Assembly: GCA_009783265.1 (NCBI GenBank)
Contig: WRHM01000002.1
Span: forward strand, 94,564 to 158,563
DNA length: 64,000 bases
Source of the DNA: Oscillospiraceae bacterium
GTDB lineage: Bacteria; Bacillota; Clostridia; Oscillospirales; WRJC01
Direction: 5' to 3'
The position numbers and the translations under genes are program-made. Position 1 is the first letter of the stretch, and each line of letters starts with the position of its first letter. The notes beneath the pieces are model-generated. The model did not search any database and was not told the DNA's origin. It was given only the letters and a program-made list of their open reading frames with translations. Below, piece after piece: positions 39,692 to 47,734 of this stretch.

Positions 39692-39853
39692 AAAAACCCC
39701 CCTCGAATTTTATTATTTTTTGATATAAATTGCAAGAGATATAAATTATACCACAACATAAAAAAAAAGTCAATAACTTTTTTTGAAATTTTAGAATATT
39801 AAATTATATTATATTTTTGATTGACATAAATTAAAATATAAAGTAAAATAAAA

Positions 39854-39876
39854 GAAAACCGTATAGGTTTTCTTTT
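39854..39876 (-). terminator. Hairpin GAAAACC-gtata-GGTTTTC with flanking T-runs on both strands. It terminates the small minus-strand ORF.
   Basis: Perfect 7-bp stem 9 nt downstream of the stop of the 39885-40034 ORF, followed on the minus strand by UUUUAUUUU. Confidence 0.5.
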
Positions 39877-39884
39877 AAATACAA

Positions 39885-40034
39885 TTATTTGAATTGTTGT
39901 TTTGCCATATTATCTTTTTGATTGTTTTGTTTTTGATTTTGATTTGAATCAATTTTATTTGCCATTTCCGATGATTTATTGCTATTTTCGCCTGCGTCAT
40001 TTTTTCTGTTGTTTTTATTTTTTGATTTCGACAT
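39885..40034 (-). CDS. Unannotated small hydrophilic protein (49 aa, Asn/Lys/Gln-rich). Possibly a minor small acid-soluble spore protein-like or other small protein.
   Basis: The ORF (MSKSKNKNNRKNDAGENSNKSSEMANKIDSNQNQKQNNQKDNMAKQQFK) is absent from the 60-aa-minimum track. It has a GGAGG RBS about 12 nt upstream and its own terminator, and sits in a 490-nt intergenic region. Confidence 0.35.
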   Translation of the reverse strand: MSKSKNKNNRKNDAGENSNKSSEMANKIDSNQNQKQNNQKDNMAKQQFK

Positions 40035-40184
40035 AAAAAATATAAACCTCCAAATTTTAATTTAATTTATTATAAAACTTATGAAATCATATATATTTTT
40101 TACATAATTTTTTATATTATGCAAATTTATGCAGAATTAATAAAAATTTAATATTTATATTATAATTTAAACGGAGATAAAATC

Positions 40185-41165
40185 ATGTGTATAAAAAATT
40201 TATATCCATTGAAATTAAAGCCTGTGTTAAAAGACGCGATATGGGGCGGAAACAGGCTCGCGTCAGAATATAAAAAATCTGATAATCCAAATAAAAAAAT
40301 AGCGGAATCATGGGAATTGACAGTACATAAAAACGGAGTAAATATAATCGAAAACGGCGAATACGCGAATCAAACTATTGAAGATTTATTTAAATTAGAC
40401 AAATCAATCGTTTCACCGGATTATAAATCTGATAAATTTCCTATATTGATAAAATTTATCGACGCTGAACAAAATTTATCCGTGCAGGTTCACCCTGACG
40501 ACGAATACGCAAAAAAACACGAAAATGAATTTGGCAAAACTGAAATGTGGTATATTATAGACTGCAAACCCGGAGCGAAAATAGTTTATGGATTAAATAA
40601 TAATTATACTCGTGAAGATTTGCAAAATTTAATAGATAACAATAAATTCGAAAATTGCTTAAATTATATAGAAGTAAAACGCGGCGATGTTTATTTTATT
40701 CCGGCTGGATTAGTTCACGCAATCGGCGAAGGTATTTTAATTGCCGAAATACAACAAAACTCTGACACAACTTACAGATTTTATGATTATAGCAGAGTTG
40801 ATACAAACGGAAATCCGAGAGAATTGCATATAGATAAAGCATTGGACGTGTGTATCAAGACAAAAACGGAGTATGTAAACCCGAAAATAAAAGACGATAA
40901 AATTCCGTGGTTGGAAGTTTTATCCCAATGCGAATATTTTTTCGTTAGTCGTTTTGATTTGAAAACTTTAAAGAAAACAAATATAAACTGCCCCGGTTAT
41001 TTTTGTTCTGTTATATGTCTTGACGGTAAAGGTGAAATTATTTATAAAAATAAAAAATATAAAATTATTAAAGGAGACAGCTATTTTTTTCCGGCAGGAA
41101 TAAATAATATAAAAATAACCGGAAGTATTGAATTTATTTTAACTACTTTAAGCAATATAAAATAA
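40185..41165 (+). CDS. manA: Mannose-6-phosphate isomerase, class I.
   Basis: Cupin motifs QVHPDDEYA and EMWYI, and VHAIGEG. 326 aa. Confidence 0.8.
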   Translation: MCIKNLYPLKLKPVLKDAIWGGNRLASEYKKSDNPNKKIAESWELTVHKNGVNIIENGEYANQTIEDLFKLDKSIVSPDYKSDKFPILIKFIDAEQNLSVQVHPDDEYAKKHENEFGKTEMWYIIDCKPGAKIVYGLNNNYTREDLQNLIDNNKFENCLNYIEVKRGDVYFIPAGLVHAIGEGILIAEIQQNSDTTYRFYDYSRVDTNGNPRELHIDKALDVCIKTKTEYVNPKIKDDKIPWLEVLSQCEYFFVSRFDLKTLKKTNINCPGYFCSVICLDGKGEIIYKNKKYKIIKGDSYFFPAGINNIKITGSIEFILTTLSNIK

Positions 41166-41196
41166 TATAAATTTTAAATTTTACGGAGGTTTTATT

Positions 41197-42066
41197 ATGA
41201 GATTAATTAAAATCGGAACTCTTGTTGACGGCTCAGGCGTTTTGCAATGGATACCTAAATTAATTGAAAATAAATTCGAGTGTTTTGTCATAAATTACTG
41301 GCAGACTATCGGCGATACGGATTTTTCAGAACTTTCGCAAAAAATAAAAGACGCCATCGGAGAAAGCGGTCTTGAAGTTTCATGTTTATCTATTTTTACT
41401 AATCCGTTAAGGGACGAAGATAAAATCAAAGAATGGGAAAAATGCATAGATAACGCTTATCTTTTCGGAGCAAATATAGTCACAGGATTTACAGGCCGTC
41501 TCGACGGTAAATCGGTAGAAGAAAATATTCCAAGATTTAAAGAAGTATTTACAGAACTCGCAAAACGAGCTAATGACAAAGGCGTAAAAATTGCTTTTGA
41601 GAATTGCTACATGGGAGGAAACTGGCACGGCGGTTCGTTTAATATCGCAAACTCGCCTCTTGCTTGGGATATGATGTTTGACGCTGTGCCGTATGATAAT
41701 ATAGGTCTTGAATGGGAACCCGCGCATCATTTGGCTCAGCTTCGCGATCCATTTAAATCATTAAAAAAATACGCGAATAAAATATATCATGTACACGGTA
41801 AAGACGCAAATATCGACTGGGATTCTATAAAAGAATATGGTATAGACGGCGCAAAATGGTACACACGCGACAGAATGCCCGGTTACGGCGATACAGACTG
41901 GAAAAAAATATGCTCGGTATTATACAAAAACGGATACACCGGAACTATAGATATAGAAGGCTGGCATGATCCGTATTTTAACGGGGAATTAGAATTTACC
42001 GGACAGGTTGCCGCTTTGAAGTATTTAAAAGAATGCAGAGGCGGAGAGTTTATCGTAAATCCGTAA
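41197..42066 (+). CDS. Sugar phosphate isomerase/epimerase (xylose-isomerase-like TIM barrel).
   Basis: 289 aa with TIM-barrel metal-site blocks (FENCY, HVHGKD, IDIEGWHD). Confidence 0.65.
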   Translation: MRLIKIGTLVDGSGVLQWIPKLIENKFECFVINYWQTIGDTDFSELSQKIKDAIGESGLEVSCLSIFTNPLRDEDKIKEWEKCIDNAYLFGANIVTGFTGRLDGKSVEENIPRFKEVFTELAKRANDKGVKIAFENCYMGGNWHGGSFNIANSPLAWDMMFDAVPYDNIGLEWEPAHHLAQLRDPFKSLKKYANKIYHVHGKDANIDWDSIKEYGIDGAKWYTRDRMPGYGDTDWKKICSVLYKNGYTGTIDIEGWHDPYFNGELEFTGQVAALKYLKECRGGEFIVNP

Positions 42067-42085
42067 AAAATATTTTAATTTTATC

Positions 42086-42114
42086 TTGACATTTTTCAAT
42101 TTATGATATATAAT
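42086..42114 (+). promoter_or_regulatory. Consensus sigma-A-type promoter: TTGACA, 17 nt spacer, TATAAT.
   Basis: Exact hexamers with 17-bp spacing, located between the TIM-barrel gene stop and the ABC-2 operon. Confidence 0.5.
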
Positions 42115-42153
42115 AAAAATTCCTGAAATTCAAATATAAATTATAGAAGAATA

Positions 42154-42197
42154 ACCGCATAAATTTTTTATGCGGTCGTTCGGTTTTGTTGTTTTTA
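42154..42197 (+). terminator. Leader hairpin ACCGCATAAA-ttt-TTTATGCGGT followed by a T-rich tract. It is either the terminator for the upstream gene or an attenuator for the ABC-2 operon.
   Basis: 10-bp perfect inverted repeat followed by CGTTCGGTTTTGTTGTTTTT. It lies downstream of the consensus promoter and 30 nt upstream of the ABC ATPase start. Confidence 0.4.
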
Positions 42198-42227
42198 CAA
42201 AAAAATCCAGAAGAAACGGTGATTTTT

Positions 42228-43019
42228 ATGATTGAATTAAAAAATATCTGCAAAACATTTAAAGTTGCGAGGCGCAACGCGGGTTTTAAAGAAGCGTTCA
42301 AAGCATTTTTCAAACGCGAATACGAATATATACATGCTCTAAAAAATATTTCATTTACGATTAACGACGGCGAAATGGTCGGATATATCGGACCCAACGG
42401 AGCCGGAAAAAGCTCAACGATTAAAATTATGAGCGGAATTTTAAATCCTGACAGCGGCGAATGCATAATAAACGGCAGAATCCCATGGAAAGACAGGATC
42501 AATCATGTTAAAGAAATCGGCGTTGTATTCGGACAACGCAGTCAATTATGGTGGGATGTTCCGGTTATTGATTCGTTTGAATTAATCAAAGATATATATA
42601 AAACGCCGAACGAAATCTATAAAAATAATCTTAATGAACTTACTAAAATACTTGATTTATCCCAAATTGTGAGAACTCCGGCAAGACAATTAAGTCTCGG
42701 GCAGCGTATGAGGTGTGAACTTGCGGCTTCTCTTTTGCACAACCCCAAAATTTTATTTTTAGACGAGCCGACGATCGGGTTAGACGCTGTATCAAAAATC
42801 GCAGTCAGAAGTTTTATTAAAAAGATAAACAAAGAAAAAAATACTACTATTATTTTGACAACTCACGATATGCAGGATATAGAAGCTATAACCGAAAGAA
42901 TATTATTAATCGGCAAAGGCGAGATATTACTTGACGGTTCTTTCGCTGATTTAAAACGCGGAGACAAAAATATAGATGAAACAATCGCTGAAATGTACAA
43001 GGAGTATGAAATATTATGA
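42228..43019 (+). CDS. ABC transporter ATP-binding protein (ABC-2 type).
   Basis: Start placed at the ATG at 42228 (product begins MIELKNICKTF). Walker A GPNGAGKSST, signature LSLGQRMR, Walker B LFLDEPT. Confidence 0.8.
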   Translation: MIELKNICKTFKVARRNAGFKEAFKAFFKREYEYIHALKNISFTINDGEMVGYIGPNGAGKSSTIKIMSGILNPDSGECIINGRIPWKDRINHVKEIGVVFGQRSQLWWDVPVIDSFELIKDIYKTPNEIYKNNLNELTKILDLSQIVRTPARQLSLGQRMRCELAASLLHNPKILFLDEPTIGLDAVSKIAVRSFIKKINKEKNTTIILTTHDMQDIEAITERILLIGKGEILLDGSFADLKRGDKNIDETIAEMYKEYEIL

Positions 43020-43825
43020 GTTATATAAGTTACATAACTCTTTTTAAAATTAGATTTATCAACGGATTGCAGTATAGAATCGCAGCTTGGGCAGGAATTG
43101 CTACGCAATTTGCGTGGGGATTTATGAATATATTATTATTTCATGCGTTTTATTCGGAAAATCCGGCAAATTTTCCCATGCAATTTCAACAGTTTGCGTC
43201 TTATACATGGCTAAATCAAGCTTTGCTTGCTCTATTTGGAATTTATATGTGGGATATGAGTATATTCGACGATATAATATCGGGCAATATCGCTTATGAA
43301 CTTGTGCGTCCGGTTGATTTGTATAATATGTGGCTCGTAAAAAATATGGCGACAAGACTGTCAAAAGTTATTTTACGTTGTTTGCCTATATTAATCGTTT
43401 CGGTTTTATTACCCAAGCCGTTCGGTTTAATACCGCCGCAGGATATTATCACATTTATTTTATTTATAATATCTGTGATTTGCGCGTTTGTTCTTGTAAA
43501 TTTATATTGTTTATATTATTATATTATTTCGTTTTATACTATAAACGGATCGGGAATAAGAATGGTCGGCATGGCTATGTCTGATTTATTATCGGGATTT
43601 ATAATTCCCCTGCCCTTTTTCCCTGAAAATATTTTAAAAATCGTAAATCTTCTGCCGTTCGCGTCAATGCAAAGTATGCCGTTTTTTATATATTCAGGGT
43701 ATATAAATAAACAAGAAGCGTTATTTAAAATCGGCGTGCAAATATTCTGGATAATTGTATTTTATATTACGGGGAAATTTTTTATAAAAAAAGCGTTGAA
43801 AAAAGTTATAGTTCAAGGAGGTTAA
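43016..43825 (+). CDS. ABC-2 family transporter permease.
   Basis: Six-TM hydrophobic protein. Its start overlaps the ATPase stop (ATGA). 269 aa. Confidence 0.65.
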   Translation: MSYISYITLFKIRFINGLQYRIAAWAGIATQFAWGFMNILLFHAFYSENPANFPMQFQQFASYTWLNQALLALFGIYMWDMSIFDDIISGNIAYELVRPVDLYNMWLVKNMATRLSKVILRCLPILIVSVLLPKPFGLIPPQDIITFILFIISVICAFVLVNLYCLYYYIISFYTINGSGIRMVGMAMSDLLSGFIIPLPFFPENILKIVNLLPFASMQSMPFFIYSGYINKQEALFKIGVQIFWIIVFYITGKFFIKKALKKVIVQGG

Positions 43826-43832
43826 TTAAAAC

Positions 43833-44609
43833 ATGAAATTATATTTTAAGTTTTTTTCTATGCATTTAAAAAGCCTGATGCAATATAAAGCCTCTTTTAT
43901 TTTTCTCGTAACCGGCAGATTTTTTATAACAGCCGGTGAAATAATCATAATATTTTTTTTATTTGACAAATATAATTCAGTTCAGGGATTTACTGTTGAA
44001 GACGTTTTGATTTGCGCGGCAAATGTTATAATAGCGTTTGCGTTGGCCGAATGTTTTGCGAGAGGATTTGATACATTCCCGTCGATTGTAAGAAACAGCG
44101 AATTTGACAGAATTATGGTTCGGCCGCGAAACGAAATATTTCTTGTTTTATCAGGGAAAATAGAATTTACGCGTATAGCCGGACTAATATCGGGTATCAC
44201 TATATTGATTTACGCCGTTTGTGTTGGAAATGTTGTTTGGACTACCGGCAGGATTTTTACTTATGTCATGATGATTATATCCGGCGTTATAGTTTTTTCG
44301 TCGTTATTTTTGATATATGCGGGAATTTGTTTTTTCACTCTTGAGGGATTGGAATTTATGAATGTATTCACAGACGGCGGCAGAAATTTCGGGCAGTATC
44401 CGTTTGCGATATACGGCGAGTCTGTATTAAAATTTTTTACGTTTGTTATCCCGCACGCATTATTTCAATATTATCCGTTGATGTATGTTCTGGGAAAAAG
44501 CACAAATAAATTTTATATGTTTACGCCTTTTATCGCAATGCTGTTTATTATTCCGGCATATATGTTCTGGAAATTCGGAGTGAGAAAATATAAATCAAAC
44601 GGTTCTTGA
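43833..44609 (+). CDS. ABC-2 family transporter permease (second membrane subunit).
   Basis: Six-TM hydrophobic protein. 8-nt gap from the previous permease. 258 aa. Confidence 0.65.
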   Translation: MKLYFKFFSMHLKSLMQYKASFIFLVTGRFFITAGEIIIIFFLFDKYNSVQGFTVEDVLICAANVIIAFALAECFARGFDTFPSIVRNSEFDRIMVRPRNEIFLVLSGKIEFTRIAGLISGITILIYAVCVGNVVWTTGRIFTYVMMIISGVIVFSSLFLIYAGICFFTLEGLEFMNVFTDGGRNFGQYPFAIYGESVLKFFTFVIPHALFQYYPLMYVLGKSTNKFYMFTPFIAMLFIIPAYMFWKFGVRKYKSNGS

Positions 44610-44671
44610 ATAGATAATTTTAATATGATATAATTATAAAAAATATATTAATTTATTATAGAGGTAAAATC

Positions 44672-45565
44672 ATGTTGATTTCAACGCAAACAGCGGGGTT
44701 CGCTGAAAAATTCGGAGACCATGACTCAATAAAATTTCTCGCTAAAGTCGGATTTGACGCTTTGGACTATTCTATGTTTAATATTTTAAATTCAAATCAC
44801 CCGTTATGTAAAAATGATTATCGTGAATATGCAAAATCTCTCAAAAAAACAGCCGACGAAAATAATATAATATTTAATCAGTCACACGCGCCATTCCCGT
44901 CGTATATTCAATATCCAAACGAAAATCAAATAAAAAACGGATATAATGAAATTATTATTTCAGCTATTATAAAAGCTATGGAAATAGCATCGATACTCGG
45001 CGGCAAAATAATAATTGTTCACCCGATAACTTTGTTAAATTATAGTTATCATGAGCAAAAAAATTTTAACATAAATTTTTATAATAATCTTCTCCCCTAC
45101 TGTAAAAAATACAACGTAAAAATTGCGCTTGAAAATATGTGGAACTGGGACGATAAAGAAAAGAAAGTTACACCCGGAGTTTGTGCGGATTCCAATGAAT
45201 TTACAGATTATCTTGATTCTCTCGATAAAGATTATTTTACGGCATGCCTCGATATAGGTCACGCTGAAATGCAGGGAAGCGGCTCGCTTTCTGCCGTTGA
45301 ACTGATAAACACACTCGGGCATGACCGGCTTAAAGCCATTCATGTTCACGATAACGATAAAATAAATGATTTACACACTTTGCCATTTACGCAGCAATTA
45401 AACTGGGATGAAATTATTAACACTCTTAAAAATATAAATTACGATGGCGATTTTACTTTTGAAGCCGATAATTTTATTTCAAGATTTCCAGTCGAATTAT
45501 ATTTAAACGCTTCTTTGTTAATGCTTGATACCGGGCGTTATTTGGTTAAAAAATACGAATTATAA
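44672..45565 (+). CDS. Sugar phosphate isomerase/epimerase (xylose-isomerase-like TIM barrel).
   Basis: 297 aa. AP-endo-2/xylose-isomerase-like blocks (IVHP, LENMW, DIGHAEM, HVHDND). Confidence 0.65.
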   Translation: MLISTQTAGFAEKFGDHDSIKFLAKVGFDALDYSMFNILNSNHPLCKNDYREYAKSLKKTADENNIIFNQSHAPFPSYIQYPNENQIKNGYNEIIISAIIKAMEIASILGGKIIIVHPITLLNYSYHEQKNFNINFYNNLLPYCKKYNVKIALENMWNWDDKEKKVTPGVCADSNEFTDYLDSLDKDYFTACLDIGHAEMQGSGSLSAVELINTLGHDRLKAIHVHDNDKINDLHTLPFTQQLNWDEIINTLKNINYDGDFTFEADNFISRFPVELYLNASLLMLDTGRYLVKKYEL

Positions 45566-45568
45566 ATT

Positions 45569-46054
45569 TTATAAATCTTTGAATTTACCCTCGAATTTTA
45601 ATCCGTCGAAATTATTCTGCCGCAACGCTTCGTAAACTCCTATGGCAACGGCGTTTGACAAATTTAAACTGCGTAAATTATCTTTCATGGGAATCCTCAC
45701 GCAAAAATCAAGGTTTTGTTTTAATATATCTTCAGATATTCCCGCAGTTTCTTTGCCGAAAATCAAATAAGGATTTTCTTTATATTTTATTTCACTGTAT
45801 AATTTCGCGGCTTTTGTTGTAAAAAAATATAAATTCTTATTTTTATTTTGAATAAAAAAATCTTCTGTATTTTTATAATATGTTATATCCAAAAAATGCC
45901 AGTAATCAAGCCCTGCCCTTTTTAATTTAGCATCGTCAATTTTAAATCCCAGAGGCTCTACTAAATGCAAGTTTGCTCCAACTGCCGCGCATGTTCTTGC
46001 GATATTTCCCGTATTCTGAGGTATTTCAGGTTCTATTAAAACAACGTTTATCAT
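45569..46054 (-). CDS. trmL: tRNA (cytidine/uridine-34 2'-O)-methyltransferase, SpoU/TrmH family (TrmL-like).
   Basis: About 160-aa SPOUT protein with the N-terminal motif EPEIPQNTGNIARTCAA and the C-terminal SLNLSNAVAIGVYE. Confidence 0.75.
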   Translation of the reverse strand: MINVVLIEPEIPQNTGNIARTCAAVGANLHLVEPLGFKIDDAKLKRAGLDYWHFLDITYYKNTEDFFIQNKNKNLYFFTTKAAKLYSEIKYKENPYLIFGKETAGISEDILKQNLDFCVRIPMKDNLRSLNLSNAVAIGVYEALRQNNFDGLKFEGKFKDL

Positions 46055-46197
46055 ATTATTTCCTTTTGAATTTTATATTATATCTAAATTTTAACGCATA
46101 ATTGTAAAAAAATTTATATTATTATGGTAATTAATTTTATATTATTGTATAATAATTTAATTAACTATTTTAATAATAAAACCGAAAGAAGATAGTT

Positions 46198-47706
46198 ATG
46201 AATAAAAAAACTTTTTTATTTTTAATGTTTATAATATGCTTTATAAATTTATCTGGTTGTAATAAAACTGAAAATTATCCGGAAATAACTATAACAATCA
46301 ACAATACAAAAATAATTTATTATAAACTGCCAAATAAATGGAACGGAAATATATATGACAAACTGAGCGCGTATCAGCATGTATTTACAGAAAATCCGAC
46401 AATGGAAAATCTGGTCGAAGTAAATACAAATGATATTATTACGATAGATTTTATGGAGAATAATCCAGATAAAATAAAAATCGAATATGAATTTATAACT
46501 GTATCTTATTTTAATGACAACGATAATATATCATCAGAAGTCGAAACATTTGAAATTATGTATGAAATAAATGATAATAAATATTCTTTTATTATAGATA
46601 AATTTGATGAAAATAATTATAATAACTGGGATTCGAAATATTATGAACTATTCACTCCTATGAATTCATATATGATAAACAGCGATAAATTATGTTATAT
46701 CGCCGGGAGAGTATATAAAATAACCGCGTCGTGGGGAGAAAATGAATGCGAATATATATTTTTGATAAAAAATAAAGAGGATATTGATAAAGACGATATA
46801 ATTCCCGCGGACATGAGCCCAAATGTAAACGTTATGCTAAAAAGGCCTGATAATTGGCAAAAAATTATTGAGAACCCAGTTATATCCGAAAATGATATGT
46901 TGAGAATAATTGATGGTTCTACCGCCACAATCCCTATTACGGCAGAATTATTCAGACAATTTTATGATTATACTGATGCAAAACTAAACGAAGAATATAT
47001 CGGATATACTCACAGTACGACGCATTACGCTTATATAAATCTTATAGAACGCAGATACGGACGTTCTGATCCTAAATATTTAATTTTTGTCACACCGCCG
47101 TCTACCGGAGAAGTATATTTTGCTGAATATTTGGGAGTTGAACTTGACATTACTCCTATTGCAAAAGACGGATTTGTTTTTATCACCCATAAAGAAAACC
47201 CAATTGAAAGTCTCACCGTTGAACAAATTCAGGCGATATATACCGGAGAAATAACAAACTGGAAAGAACTTGGCGGCGAAGACATAGAAATACAGGCATA
47301 TCAGAGAGAACCTAATTCCGGGAGCCAAACTGTTATGGAAGAAATGGTTATGCAGGGCAAGCAATTAATTAAACCGATAGATACTCAGGTTATCGGCGGA
47401 ATGGGGTGGCTGGTTGACGCTATCGCCGAGTATAAAAACGGCAAGGCAAGTATAGGATACACTTATTATTATTATATTAATAATCTTTATAAAAACGAAA
47501 ATATAAAAGTCTTGAAAATAGATGGAATCGCACCGGATAATGAAAATTTAATAAATGAAACTTATCCGTTTACCGCAAATTATTTTGCCGTTATGAGAGG
47601 CGACGAACCGGTTGATTCTCCGGCGAGAAAACTGCGCGATTTCTTAATAACCGAACAAGGCCAGCAGCTTATCGAAATGGCCGGTTATTGCAGAATTTTT
47701 AATTAA
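46198..47706 (+). CDS. Lipoprotein with a C-terminal PstS-like (periplasmic phosphate-binding protein fold) domain.
   Basis: Lipoprotein signal FINLSGC. The C-terminal roughly 250 aa resemble a PBP-superfamily substrate-binding domain. The N-terminal roughly 230 aa are unassigned. Confidence 0.5.
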   Translation: MNKKTFLFLMFIICFINLSGCNKTENYPEITITINNTKIIYYKLPNKWNGNIYDKLSAYQHVFTENPTMENLVEVNTNDIITIDFMENNPDKIKIEYEFITVSYFNDNDNISSEVETFEIMYEINDNKYSFIIDKFDENNYNNWDSKYYELFTPMNSYMINSDKLCYIAGRVYKITASWGENECEYIFLIKNKEDIDKDDIIPADMSPNVNVMLKRPDNWQKIIENPVISENDMLRIIDGSTATIPITAELFRQFYDYTDAKLNEEYIGYTHSTTHYAYINLIERRYGRSDPKYLIFVTPPSTGEVYFAEYLGVELDITPIAKDGFVFITHKENPIESLTVEQIQAIYTGEITNWKELGGEDIEIQAYQREPNSGSQTVMEEMVMQGKQLIKPIDTQVIGGMGWLVDAIAEYKNGKASIGYTYYYYINNLYKNENIKVLKIDGIAPDNENLINETYPFTANYFAVMRGDEPVDSPARKLRDFLITEQGQQLIEMAGYCRIFN

Positions 47707-47734
47707 TTTAAAATCTTGGAGGTTAATATATATT

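Noticed and set aside
42186-42227. Upstream extension of the ABC ATPase ORF (track start at 42186).
   Set aside because: The extension begins inside the leader terminator T-tract with no RBS. The ATG at 42228 yields the canonical N-terminus MIELKNICKTF.
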